Shown piece after piece: positions 22,264 through 36,406 of a stretch of 64,000 bases of DNA. This DNA is from Chrysomallon squamiferum. Its lineage: Eukaryota > Animalia > Mollusca. The stretch spans positions 20,646,001-20,710,000 of the forward strand of contig CM022667.1 of NCBI GenBank assembly GCA_012295275.1, in the 5' to 3' direction. The notes under the pieces were generated by a model. It did no database searches and was not told the DNA's origin. It saw only the letters and a list, made by a program, of their open reading frames with translations. The stretch's first letter is position 1. The number at the start of each line of letters is the position of its first letter. Both the position numbers and the translations under genes were made by a program.

Positions 22264-25200
22264 TGTCACCTGCTGTCGTTATATCACGTTTTTATTTATA
22301 ATTATCAGCTATGTTATCATCATTAATAGATAGAAGAATAAAAAAATATATATATATATAAATTCTCGCATTTTAATATAATTTTAAGCGTCATCAACAT
22401 CATCATTATTACAACAACTACTGCTACTACTACTACCACTACTACTACTACTGCTGCTGCTGCTGCTACTACTATTACTAACACTACTACTTTCTAGTAG
22501 TAAAAGAAGAATAGTAGTAGTAATCAGATAAATAATTCTTATTATATTCGTCTTCCAGCTTTTTGTTATTGTCATCGTCTTTGTCATCATCAGAATTAGA
22601 ACTGTTATCCTGGCTGACAAAAACGCGTAGAACAGTAAGACACGGACGTAAGACCGGTGTAAAAGTGAGTGGTAAAGAAAGATGTTATTACATTGAGTTT
22701 TTCTTCACGCTGTCATCGGATACAACCAAGCCCAGATGTCGAGTGAATTACATGTATGAAAACACGTGGTAAGGACTAAGATAGTACAATTTGGAACTTT
22801 ACACAGGTTTTTACAAAATGTCACTTGAGCTGCCGCATCGAACAGATCGTGCGTGATAGCTTCCTTACAGATACTCTTAATTTGAGTATCCAAACCCGTC
22901 TTCAAAGTGTGTATATTAATTATAGTTATTGGGGGTTCCCCATGACATCAGGACATGCTGACAGAGCTAGCCAGCACACGTCTACAGAGCAAATGTCAAA
23001 CAAGATAATTGTAGGCAAACAGAGGGGTCGCACTTTAGCGAGATTTGTGTAGAATCTGAAGGCATTATCCTCGACGCGAAACCTATCACGGAAAGGCCTC
23101 TCGGCTTGGAATGATTGCTGAAGCGGCAGTCACAGAGGATTAAATACATCAAACTCTTCACTCAGACAATTGGTGCCCCTCACGATCACTGGAATAAACA
23201 TAACAAACGAAAGAGAGAACGTTGCACCGGAGGTATTGTCATTTGCTGCGGATTTGCACTCCGCGGAGGCGAAACGTGCTGCGTACCCGGTTAGGCTAAA
23301 GCCAGTATTTGTTAAATGCTTTAGGTTTGGCGCAATACTATTAAAGGGTTAAAGTGTTTTGTGACACTCGGTGTGATCTTTCCCACTGGTTAGCGTGCGT
23401 CCATTCAAACCATTTCTCTCGTTTTCAAACACACGCGAGAGAGAAAAAAACAACAAAAAAACAACAAGAATAACATTCCTCTTCATTTGCAGTTCTTCAT
23501 TTTATGTCATACCACTTACACTCCATAATTATTTTAAATAGGATTCTAATGTATTATAATTATATAATCACAGTTTTGTCTCTTCTCGATGAACACACAG
23601 AGTTTGACTTAAAGCAGCTTACTGAGGAACATTTTCATGAAATCACCAAATTCATGGAACATAATTTAATCACATATAAAGAAAAGTTTATCAATACTTT
23701 GCAATATCTTTGATAATTTTTGTTTACTTTTATGAGATAGTCATATAAATATACCCGCATAAATTCAATTTTATTTTGCTGCATTGCAAGCCAAAATTTT
23801 ATAGTACAAGAATAACCTTTTTGTCTTAAACTAGGATATGTAAATTAAGGTTTGTGAGTTACAAGTGTTGAAACAAGACGAGCAGCGTGTTTTGCCATTC
23901 ACGTCTACACGTTTTAGAAACAACTAGCAAAGTTTACAACACAGTTCTACTCCTGTTTCACGCTTAATGTATTTACGTTATTCGAGCAGCAGATAAAATT
24001 TAACAAACTTTATTTAGGTGTAATATTTCTTTCGTCCGAATCCATTGTGCTTCTGTTTTTTAATTCGTTTTCTTTAAACTTCTATATATATGTCTGTCTG
24101 TGTGTGTGTGGCTGTGTGTGTGTCTGCGCGTGTGTATGTGAGTGTTAGTATTTATAATTAAAATAAATACAAAACGATATGGAATAACTGGTTACTGTCT
24201 TACGATATCAGCTGTATCGTGCGAATGTTAGAATGGTTGTGAACATCATTCTTTATAAAGTGAGGTAGATGATTACCTTGGGCTTTTGCGGTTCTTTCGT
24301 TAGTGTTTTATATATCTAAATGTTGTCAAAATGACTGTTCATATGAAATCTAACCTGGGATGAACTGTTATTTTCAGCCATTTTAAATTATAATTTTATA
24401 AACTGACCCACTTACTTTAATTAATCAGTCGTCTAGGATACGAGTTTGAAAAACTGTTACACACAAATAAAAATATTTAGCTTACAGTTTTTTTAATAAG
24501 AAGATAAAAGGCAGTAATGACAATGTTAATTTTTTCGTTTCCAAAACAGTCTGTGAGGTTTGAATCCCTACAAAAAAATAAAAAATAAAAAATAAAAAAT
24601 AAAAAATGAAAAAGGTGTTATAACATACTATTACTCTATGTTTAATTACAAGCGTGTTGGTTTCACGGGTTGAATACGTTTAGGAAAGTCAGTGGTTTTG
24701 TCTTCTGTGAAACTTCTCTCGAGATGGAATCATTTCCGCGATGCTGTGATTTATTAAGTGTAAAACAAATCCTCAATAAGCAAACAAACATCCTGTCTAA
24801 TAGAATTATTTCTAGAAATTTATATTAAAAAAAAAGGAAAAAAAAAAAAAAAAAGGAATAAGAATAAGAAAACCAAAAGAAGAAATAAACAGTGATATTA
24901 ATAATTAATTAATTAATTTATTTATTATTACTATTATTTTTTTATCTGCCTATTTCTTCTCTTATTCATTCTCTTTTTTCATTTCTTTTCTTTTTTTTTT
25001 TTTTTTTTAAATTTTTTTTTAATTATTATTATTTGTGAAAAATAACTTCATTTAAACAAAATTCAGAAAGATCATTGTGATCATAAGTTTCAAGAAATAA
25101 ATATATTTTTTTTCGTTCCTGTTGTCACTATTATTATTGTTGTTGTTGTTTTATATTATCATTACTACTGAACACTTGGTTACTTGGTAATGGTAATTAA

Positions 25201-25544
25201 CAAAGTCACACTAAGCTCAAAGCAGTCTGTTTACTGTATGTACAGGCATTCTTCACTTTACCCGACTTAGCATCAACAGGACCCGTTACTTAAAGTCAAC
25301 TCAGATGGTGAAAACAGTGAAACGGGAGAGAAAGAAAGAAACTGCAGTATGCGAATGGAGAAGGAGCTAACTTGTCATAGATGGTTGTTTTAAAGAATGC
25401 TTATATCTGTTTCTTGTCAAACGTAAGCAGGCGTCTTGTTAGTTCAAAATATTTACACTGTACAAGTAACTGTACACTCTGCGAAAACCTCGTGTATCGG
25501 AGAAATCTTGAAGACGTCGAGGAAACTGAATCACATAGTTTTGT

Positions 25545-26165
25545 CTTAAAGTATTGTTAATTATAATTATTGTCTAAAGTAAGTCTAACAGTAACTATCG
25601 AAATGTTGTCTTAAGTGTGTTTAGTTATAACTATTGTTTAAAATATTTTAAATTAAATTATTACAAGTTAGTTTAACTGTGACTATCAAAATACTGTCTG
25701 AAGCTTGTTTACTTATAATTATTGTCTATTGTGTTTAATTATATCTAATGTTTGCTTAATCATAATTGTTGTCTGACGGGTTTTTAAAATGATAACTATT
25801 GTCTAAAGTTTATTTAATGATAACAACTGTCTAAAGTTTGTTTAATTATAACTATTGTCTAAAGTTTGTTTAATTATAATTATTGTCTAAAGTTTGTTTA
25901 AAGATAATATTGTCTAAAGTAGAGTTAATTATAGCAATTGTCTAAAGTTTGTTTAATTATAACTCTTGTCTGATGTTTATTTAATTTTATCTTTTGTCTA
26001 AAATTTGTTTAATAATAACTTTGTCTAAAATTTGTTTAATTATAATTCTTGTCTAATGTTTGTCTAATTATAACTACTGTCTAATATTTAATTATGACAA
26101 TTGTCTGAAGTTTGTTTAATTATAATAATTGTCTACAGTTTGTTTAAATATAACTATTGTCTAAT
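25545..26165. repeat. Degenerate 28-bp minisatellite (tgtctaaagtttgtttaattataactat), about 22 copies
   Basis: tgtcta/tgtctg recurs at about 28-nt spacing. Confidence 0.9.
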
Positions 26166-26751
26166 GTAGGTTTGAAAATGGGGGCTGCATAACGTAAATT
26201 ATATTGTTAAAGTATAATTATGAATAACTATTGTTTAATTAGGAAACAACTCTACTCTGATTTCGTTTTTCAGGCAGTATAATCCACGACAATCTACTCA
26301 AAAATGAAATAAGAGAAAGGTTTCTCCATTCTGCCATGACTAAAACGCCTACAGACTTTAAACCTTTTCAGTATTCATTGTAAACAGCGGTGAAAGGGAA
26401 GACGCATTTGTTTGTGTGGATGATGATTGTACAATTTCTGTCATTTCTGTCTATGTGTGTGTTACAATATGTTTATAACTAGCATATCATTTTTAAGTGT
26501 TGCGTTCATTCGCGTTGTCAAGGATGCACTATAAAACACATTCACACCCACACACATGGACCTACAAATATTTACTATATGAACATACATACAAAAACAC
26601 TGACAACAACAAAGACAACAAAGAAATGCGGATCTCTAGATTAATGAAATAAATATGGACAAAATAATAATGTTTTGATAATAAATCAGATTTGTTGCGT
26701 TTATAAAAACATCTATGTAACTTTATTGGAAAAGAAATTAATTAGCATACT

Positions 26752-26803
<52 letters not shown>

Positions 26804-27505
26804 TACTACTACTACTACTACTACTACCATACTCAGCGTTTCTTCGTTTTTATTTTTTTTATTTTTTTTTTTTGGGGGGGCGCTTTTTTTCCCTTGAAAA
26901 TGTGAGAATCGTATAGAAGTTTGAAGGAATTATATCATGAAAAATGTAGAGAATATTTATATTATTACTTTATTTTATCAGACTCTTGATGCTTAAGAAA
27001 GTAATATACACGTGCAGACACACAAGCAGCTGAGCATGGCATAGCGGCGACTGCATTGATATACACAGTGACGATTACAATACTCCCTGCGCTGGTTAAT
27101 ATATACGAAACAGACCTGGCATTTCGACAGTTATTTGATATAAATGATTGCCTGTAACGTTGTTAGCGGCAACATGAGCCATGCAAATCTGTACAAGCCT
27201 TTATCGTGATTTTGACTAACAAGATCTCGCAAGATCTCACGAGAAGGCGCCAACCTGTGTCCCAATCTCGCATTATCTCGTCTATCCCGCAATGAATTTC
27301 CTATAAAGTGGACAGTTATTGTTTGTTGCGCCGATTGAGGCGAGTTCTACCAATATATGATACAGCAGATGAAATAAAATAAAGTCTTATAGAATAGGGA
27401 AATTACTTTAACGATTATCATCTCAAATTGCTATGAGATATTCCAGTGAAGGAGAAAAGAGAGGAGATGTTATACCGACTGAGCTAATGGTTTTCCTAGG
27501 GCTTA

Positions 27506-27788
27506 CAGATAGGCAGCAAGAATTCCTAGAAACCAATATGTTATTTTAACAAATCGAACTGATTAACTAGAAAAAAAAAAAAAAAAAAAAAAGAAAAGAG
27601 AAAAAAAGAAAGAAAGGAAAAAGATCTGAAATATATTCTGTAATATATTCTTTAATTAAAATTATAATAATGTATATCCAGATAGGCTACAAGAATGCCT
27701 GGAAACCAATGTTATTATGAAAAAAGACGAAGAAGAAGAAAAAAAAAAAAACTGAAAACCATTCTGTAATTAAAATTATAATAATGTA
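27506..27788. repeat. Diverged local tandem duplication (cagataggc..aagaat.cct.gaaaccaat..polyA..ttctgtaat..taattaaaattataataatgtat)
   Basis: Two copies starting near 27506 and 27680. Confidence 0.75.
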
Positions 27789-30700
27789 TTGTTATTTTTA
27801 ACTGCTCATACTTTATAAGTAAAAGTAGATATATATTTTTTAATATTACATTTTAATATTTTTTATTATTTTATTTTTAGAAATTAACTTTAATATGTTC
27901 TTTCTTCCCCTGTCTGTGAGTTTATGTGTGGAACATACAGATGCGTCTTTATTTTATAATCAAAACCTTCTTCTAGTTATATTTGGAAATGAAAACATTT
28001 AGAAAAAAAATATATATAACATTATTTATTGGCTAGGACTTGGAACAAACATTGTAGCAAAAAAAAAAAAAAAAAAAAAAAATTAAAAAAATATAATTTA
28101 AAAAAATAATTAAAAAAAAATAAACAAAAATAAACAAAGAAAGAAAGAAAAAAGAAAAGAAGAAAAGTAAGTAAAGAAGTTCTAGAGAAACAAATTAAAT
28201 ACAGCAAAAATAATCTGTTAGAACATAGAAATATTAACAGAAGAATAAAAATAAATAAGAAATAAAATGTAAGAATTTCTGTATAATCCGGCAGCATAAA
28301 GCGCTGATAAATGAAGAGCAAACAGAACGATACATAATTAATTTCTATTTTCGCCTTTGCAAGGAAGAAAAACAATTTTGTGTGAAGCAGTAACTAAGGG
28401 GCTGGTAATTAACGTCGAGTCAAGTTTTGTTTGGCACGAGATCACGGAGATAATATTTTGTTTGATTTTGATGTTAAAAGATATCAAAGTGAACAGCGAG
28501 AGAAACACTATTTTACTTTGTGATGAAAATGTTCATTGCGTGTTCAGTCTACCTATTCCAGGCGAAGACATCACATATAATTTTCTTTGTAATTTGACGA
28601 TAGCCGTAAAGAGATCTGTACGACATTGTCATTATTCGAACAATGAGAATTCAATTACAGCAAAATGTGACTTACAAAGTAAAATTCTTTAATGTACCCG
28701 AAATTAAATTAATTTTTTTTTTTTTTTTAATGTTGATCAGAACGCAGTAGTAATGATATTAATGTTGACTGTGTGATGTCAAATAAATAAAATGAGTTAA
28801 AAACACATTCGTTTTCTTTGTCAACTGTTTCTTTCTTTTTTTAAAGTTTACTTTTGAAATAATGCATTGTCGTGTTTCAAGACCCCTGTTCACCTCCGAG
28901 TTGGTGTGAACGATGTTTTTGTTAAAGGTGCGGGTGGCTTGAAAAACACCAACTGTTCTGTGTTTTTCAATCTGCGAAATGCGATTGTTTGTATTAGTCA
29001 TAGCATAGAATAAAAATTCACCATTTCATAGTCGACTGCATTTCCAAGCTGTCAAAACCCATGTTTCTTTTAAACAGATCATCGATTGAGAAGAATGTGC
29101 TAATTAATCACATTTATCTCGCCATTTTGTCAAATCTGTTCTCCCATCTTTGATACACTAGCGCTGGCCATCTCCTCCTGTGATCGTCTCTGGTGATTAA
29201 GCGATAACTATTGTGGAGAGTTCAACAGCTCACAGAAAAACTCTCATATCTCCTACTTTTTGCGGTTATTTATCGTCCTCTTGATCCGTCTATCAAACCC
29301 TCTGGAATTGTGGTTTTAAAACTTAATTCAGTTAGATGGCATGAATATTCGGGAATTAACGACTGCATTCGTTTTGAGGAAAGATCTCTTTTAGGTTCGC
29401 TGCGTAAAGCCAACGCCTTTGCGCCCTGTTTACATTATATCACGCCAAGACGAAGTTTACCAAAATTAGGAAGAAGAAGAAAGAATAATTAAGTCAGACG
29501 GACTGCTTTTAAATACAAAATCATCTTTACTAGATGAGGAGAGAAATGTTTATTAAATTTATTTATTAATTTTTTTAAATTAATTTCTTCCGTTCTTTTT
29601 TTTTATTTTTTAAAAAACCCCGACAAAATCAATTTTCTGTAAAAAAAAAAGCCTTCCTCTTTTGAAATAAGTATTTGATGTAAATAATTCTCTAAATTTT
29701 CTTATTCTCCCCATTTACCAGCAAAACAGTGAGGCCAAGTATTAATATGACCGACAATTTCTCTGTTCCGATAACTTAATTCTAACTCTTGCTTTTATTT
29801 TGAGTGAAAAACAACTGTTATGTGAGGTATTATTTATATACAGGCCAGTGTGGTAATCGCTAACACAGATCTGCGTATCTAAACTGTATTTGTGTTTCTC
29901 TTCGCTCTATTTGTATTGTCTGGAACCTGGGCCTTGGATAAATAAGAGTGACAAAAACGCGTTGTGTTTGTCGCTAGACGCAGTGTGATGTATACACCTC
30001 ATTAATACACTCATTAACAGATGGGGGTCTGTTCACAAAAACTTCCTTACAGCGGTGTCAGGCGAGGTTTATCAAAGAAATTCGCAGAGTAAATAGATAA
30101 AAGGAAAGTTTATGAATTGTTTGTTTGTGACGTTGTCAGCATGAAATACGAGACAATTTACCAAGCAGCCTTGCGAGCTTCCTCCAGCGACGCCAGCGTT
30201 TTGAGAAATCTGAAAATCTGAGAAACATCAATCTCGAAGTTGTGTTTTAACATGATATATCGCCGGATAGCGACGAAGGTCTGAGCGGCTAAACAGACAG
30301 TGTCTCCTAGCTGTGAGATTACAAAATTACATTTTGGGAAATCGAATCAAAAATAGCTTGATATCAGTGAAAATGAAATTTTATAACTCTCATTCGTGTA
30401 GAAAAATTGTGAAATTATTCTTTCAGCGTGCTTCTAATCTCGTCATCTGGCTTGAAGACTATCCTTTTACAACTTTGTTTTCTGTTGAAAAAAAACAAAC
30501 AACTAAACTTTAGTCTTTTTTTTTTGTTTTCCCATTTACAGTTTACATACATTGACCCTTGATAAATAAACACATTACCTGCATTTTAAAAATGTTTCTT
30601 TTATATATATATATATATATATACACAAATTTGTGTATATGTGTTTGTATGAGTGTGTGTTTATTCAAAATACCTACCAACATGCACACATACATATACG

Positions 30701-31162
30701 CATACATAGATACATACATACATACATACATACATGCACCCACACAAACATTCACGTCTACACACGCATACACTCAAGTCTAACACACACACACACACAC
30801 ACGCCTATACACACACACACACACACACCTATATATATAAACACGAGTATATGACACTTTATGTTTTTCTGATTAACAAACAACACACAAACCAGATTGC
30901 TCATCAAGTAAGTGATGTAAGTAGTCGTGCAGTGGGCAGTAAGAGCTTGTATTTATTACTGTGCGGAAACACGTAAATACGTGAAATGTACGTGTAAACC
31001 TGTCAGAGACGTGGCACTCGAGGAAAGGATGTTTGAAGGACTAGATCTGTCTAAACAATTTACTCCAATAAAATACTCTCAAGTATATACAACAGAAATT
31101 AGCATAGCCGCCCCCGAAACTAAGACTGTAGTAAAACTATATATGTATTTATATATATATGA

Positions 31163-31232
<70 letters not shown>

Positions 31233-32091
31233 TGTATATGTATTATATTAATATACATATATATACAAATTTTTTGTGATAAATTGACATAACAATTTAC
31301 TTATGAAATTTCTAAACTGATTATAGTTTAATATATTATTATTCATTAAATTTGTAAAATGAGTTTGATTGGAGTGAGACTTCCATTTAATAATAATAAT
31401 ACTAATGATAATGATGATGATAATGTTAATACAAAAAGTGACAGTAAATTTGTTATTATATATATAATAATAAATGTATTGACCCTTTATATCTATAAAA
31501 TTTAATTATTTATTTTATTTATTAATTATTTATTTATTTTATTTTATTTATTAATTATTATTATTATTATTATTATTATTATTTTTATTATTTTATTTGC
31601 CTGTTCTCAACGACTAAAAATTAAATCTGATCTTACAATTTGATAAATTATATTTTTTAATGAACAAAGTATCTAAAGTACTACAAAATCCTCCACTTGA
31701 TATTTCAGCTGAATAAACTTCATTTTTTAAAATACCATCTCTAAACTATAATTATTATAACAACCTAATATTAAAATATTTTATAACTCTAATTTATTAC
31801 AGTAAACTTAAGTATTTACTAACTGAAATGTATGAGATGGTGAGAATCATAAAATATTCAGTTAATATCTTATAAAATCAAATAACTGAAGAGTGAACTT
31901 TTATTTAACATATAAGCACATACGTATTTATTGCAATCCTATTATTTTAAATCTACTTCAAGGGTCAAAGAGAGAAATGGGATAAGCGCAGATTATCGTT
32001 TGACCTACGGATTAAGACGGGTGGTTTGGTTAAACGACTCACTTCTGTACAATGTTGGTTTTCAGTCTGATGCCACACAAGTCGACTTCAG

Positions 32092-32157
32092 TGTGTCAGT
32101 CTGGTCTACTTGTGTCAGTCTAGTCTACTTGTGTCAGTCTGGTCTACTTGTGTCAGT
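32092..32157. repeat. 19-bp tandem repeat (tgtgtcagtctggtctact) x3.5
   Basis: Units at 32092, 32111, 32130 and 32149. Confidence 0.9.
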
Positions 32158-32207
32158 ATTTACAAACATCCACAGAAAGTCTGTGTTTGTATAGATCAGC
32201 AAGGTGA

Positions 32208-32245
<38 letters not shown>

Positions 32246-32321
32246 TCCAGTCAATACAAATGTATCTTCTATTTTCTTCTGCGAAAAAGAAATTATATAA
32301 TTTAAGCTATACTTATTTTGA

Positions 32322-32404
<83 letters not shown>

Positions 32405-33404
32405 TAGTTTACGTATAGCTTTTCATCATCAGAGATAAAAAATTCAAAACCAAACACGAATAATTATAATACTTTTTTTCTTGCAGAAATTAACAACTGC
32501 ACTGTGCTTCAGTTACAGGAATAACAACAAAGCGATATATTAAACACAGCACAAATTAATGATCAATATTCCAGATGGCACTTTTGAAAATTCGCTGTTT
32601 AGGGTTAGCCACAAGGTTGAAGTAAACAATCAAAGCGATCCTTCGCTATCCGACGTATTAGAAAGAGCATTAAATAGCGTGTTTAAAAGCCGGATTTAAC
32701 AGGCCGCTAAAATCGAGATTTAAACGGTGCCCAAGAGTGATGCTTCCCGCACCATTTCAATGCCCTTGTCAGTGCTCATGCAAATGTAACGTTGATTCAT
32801 CTGAAGATGGAGTAATATGCTTGATAAAATAATTGACTTTTAGCAGTCATCCTGTCAATGATGTGCACTTTGTAATTGTCTGAATTATAATCCTTTATTT
32901 CAGTGAAAGCAAACACGTGTATTGTTAAATAAATAGAAACATTTTTTTTTTTTTTTTAATTCTGTCTTCAGTTTGTATTGACATATAAATAAAAGTTAAT
33001 TCTTTCCGTATTTCGTTCAAACACTTTTGTTAATTTTTTAGGTTTTTTTTACGTTTAAAAATCAGTTTAGTGTATTTATGATGATAAAATATAGAACGAT
33101 AAAGATATTCGTCAGGTGTATTAAGTAAATGATATCAGTCACATTAATTGTAATTAATTATGAAAAACGTTGTCAATATGTTTAATTCATATTTGTTTCA
33201 AAACAAATTATTATAGCACAAAAATGAAACTTCAGTACGAACGTATATTTGTTCTAATAATAAACAAAAACAACAACAATAATAACAATAACAATAACAG
33301 CAATAATAATAAGAACAATATGAACATCAGCAATAATAACAACACTGTCATCGACATAAAATATCCTTGTCAATGAAGATGAATCGCAAAACTATTTGTT
33401 AACG

Positions 33405-33458
<54 letters not shown>

Positions 33459-34837
33459 ATTTTTCTTTGTATAAAATTGTTTGAACGCAGTAAAAACCGA
33501 CAAACAACTTTTACCTTTTTCTTCTTTACGTCGTTTGACTTGCTGAACGTTCTCATCTCTAGACGTGTCAAGTTACTGCTTTGCTGCTGACAAAATTACT
33601 AGTTAAACTGACACGTACTAAAACTGAGTTATGTTTTCTTGTCACTAGAGTAGATTTTATTATCTACTTATTTATTCATTTGTTTGATTGTTTGTTCGTT
33701 TATTTATGGAACGTGGACTAAAGAATTTCTCCGTTTAATTCTAATTTTAATTTATTTAATAATGATTTTTATATATATAGAGAAAAATCACACATCAAGT
33801 TAACGTAGTTGCTATAGGCATTTACTTTATTTTATTTTATTATTTTTTTATTTTTTCGTCTTTTTTTTTCTTTTCTTACATTAACCCCCCCCCTTTTTTA
33901 ATACGTTTTATACAATCACAAGTTGAAACATAATTCTATGCGTTCTGTCTAATAGTTCAGTAATTAAACGGCATAAATCTAGAAAATATTTACATTATTC
34001 ACATTTGTTCTTGTGTTTTGGATTTTTTTTTTTTTTTTTTTAAATGGTTTGGAGATTTTTTATAAAAAAAAAAGTAAAAAAAAAAAGAAGAAGAAAAGGA
34101 AAGAAAAAGAAAAGGAAAGAAGAAAGAAGACGTTAAAGAGGAAGTATTCGGCCACGGTGTTGAGTGTTGTCGCGGTGTTGTGTCAGAGAGAATGTTTCCG
34201 AGGACGAGCGTCGTGTTCTAGACACGTTAATCCCGTTTCTTTCTCTTCCGCAGATTTACTGTCCCGAGGACCACAACTCACCAGCCAGGCAACATTAATG
34301 TCATCATATTTTAACGCGCGAGGCGAAGGTAAAAATTAGTCTGATATCAAATATCGAGGTGTAGACGTCAAACGTATCATTAACGGGTACTCCCATGTGT
34401 TTGGTGAACATCAAAGACAATCACAGGTATTTGTCGCAGGTAGTCAGGGGTTAAACGTCAGTTCTGGACTGGGTAACTTCACACCGACAGACGTTTCAAA
34501 CGTTGAGGAGCCATCAGTGAAATGCTAAACACGTGTGTAACAGTTCACATGTTAATAAAATGGCAGAATATTTTCTACCAGGTAATAACGAATGGTTTGA
34601 CAGATATGTTCTTTTACTATCAGTTTAAGCAGAATAATAAGGCTAAAAATTATAATAATGTACTACTGAATTATTATTTGACTCATTTTGATTAAACAAA
34701 TTTAATATTGTGAAAGGCTTTGGAACCAAGAGTTAGGGAAAATTGGTAATATACCTGACTGTTTTTCAGCACTGTCATTTTATATTTTCACTTAATAGAA
34801 ATATATATTATCAGTACATTAAAATTTTATAATTTAT

Positions 34838-35140
34838 TGAAGTGAAATGTAATCAGTGATCTCATATTTAATATTTTATCAGTGAAATATAATCAGTGAT
34901 CTCATATTTATAATTTTATTGAAGTGAAATGTAATCAGTGATCTCATATTTAATATTTTACTGAAGTGAAATATAATCAGTGATCTCATATTTATAATCT
35001 TATTTAAGTGATATGCAATCAGTGATCTCATATTTATAATCTTACTGAAATGCAATCAGTGATCTCATATTTATAATCTTACTGAAGTGATATGTAATCA
35101 GGGTTCTGTTATTTACAATTTTATAGAAGTGATATGTAAT
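34838..35140. repeat. About 42-bp minisatellite (gaagtgaaatgtaatcagtgatctcatatttaatattttatt), about 7 copies
   Basis: aatcag core at 34851, 34891, 34933, 34975, 35017, 35054 and 35096. Confidence 0.9.
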
Positions 35141-35741
35141 TAGACATCTGATATAAAGATTTTAAAAAATGTTACTGAAATAATAAGTGATCGGATATCA
35201 AAAATATTTTCCACTTCAGAAAACTTTCCTACACTGAATACGTTGATGGTATTCTCACAAGCAGCCCTCAAAGACACTCGGATGTTTAATATATTTGATG
35301 AATATAATAATGAGCCACGCGCCACGGCTAGTGGAAATCACACCGTTAATTCAATCACATTTGCATGTCAGCTTCCCAAAAGAGTCTTGTCTTCAGTGTT
35401 TGCGCATTGTACAACGATTCCCCGAGTTTAAAGAGTGGTAACATCATCTTTGACAGATTACACGCCAGGCCTTTTGGGACAAGTGAATGATTTTATTAAG
35501 TTAGCGAGTTGCGTGTGATATTTTCATCCCGCGCCGTTTATTTAGAGTGCAATCAATGGACGGTCATTGACAACTGCTTCTGTCTTTGTAATTTGTTTTT
35601 TATATCAAAACTTAACTACGTTTGTAAACAAACACTCTCTGACATCAAGACACAGTCAATAACTGGACTGTAGAGTTTCCGTTTGAACTGTATTTAATAT
35701 TCATTATTTCATATTATTATTATTAGTAGTAGTAGTATTAT

Positions 35742-35780
<39 letters not shown>

Positions 35781-36338
35781 CAGCAGTAGTAGTAGTAGTA
35801 GTAGTAGGGGAAGGAGGAGGAGGAGGAGGAAGAGGAGCGGCAGCAGTAGTAGTAGAAGTAGTAACAGCAGTAATAGTAGTATTTAAAATAAGTTTCACTA
35901 GTTCCAGGATGCCGTACAGGGAGAAGAAGCAAAAAAGGAGATGACAGTGTCACCCCAATAACTCACCCTCGTCACCAAAATTAACTGATCACGTTCATTC
36001 ACAAACAATATTCATTTATTTATTTATTTGTTTATTTATTTGTTTGTTTATTTATTTGTTTGCTTGCTTGCTTGCTTATTTAATTTTGGTTTATTTATTT
36101 GATACCTTTAAATATGACTTATTGTCTACTGTGGTTTTTATTTCTTTGGTAAATATTGTTTTAGTCAGTTAATAATAAGTAATAGTGTAAGTGTGCAATA
36201 TAATAATATGTATTTATATATCGTAACATTTTTACTGTTTGCTTTTCCGGTTGACAAGAAAATATACAGTTTATATTATAGTCAGTAAATAAATAAATTC
36301 TATTTAAAAATTGTAATTTGAATATTAATAATAATAAT

Positions 36339-36406
<68 letters not shown>

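Noticed and set aside
22931-22941. NF-kB-like GGGGGTTCCCC
   Set aside because: Single isolated site with no supporting cluster.
24545-24572. B-box-like ggtttgaatccc (and ggttccgagtcc near 62457) as tRNA or SINE head
   Set aside because: No A box at proper spacing and no cloverleaf.
25545-26165. 28-bp array (and the 42-bp array at 34838) as CRISPR
   Set aside because: No repeat-spacer alternation, no cas genes, eukaryotic context.
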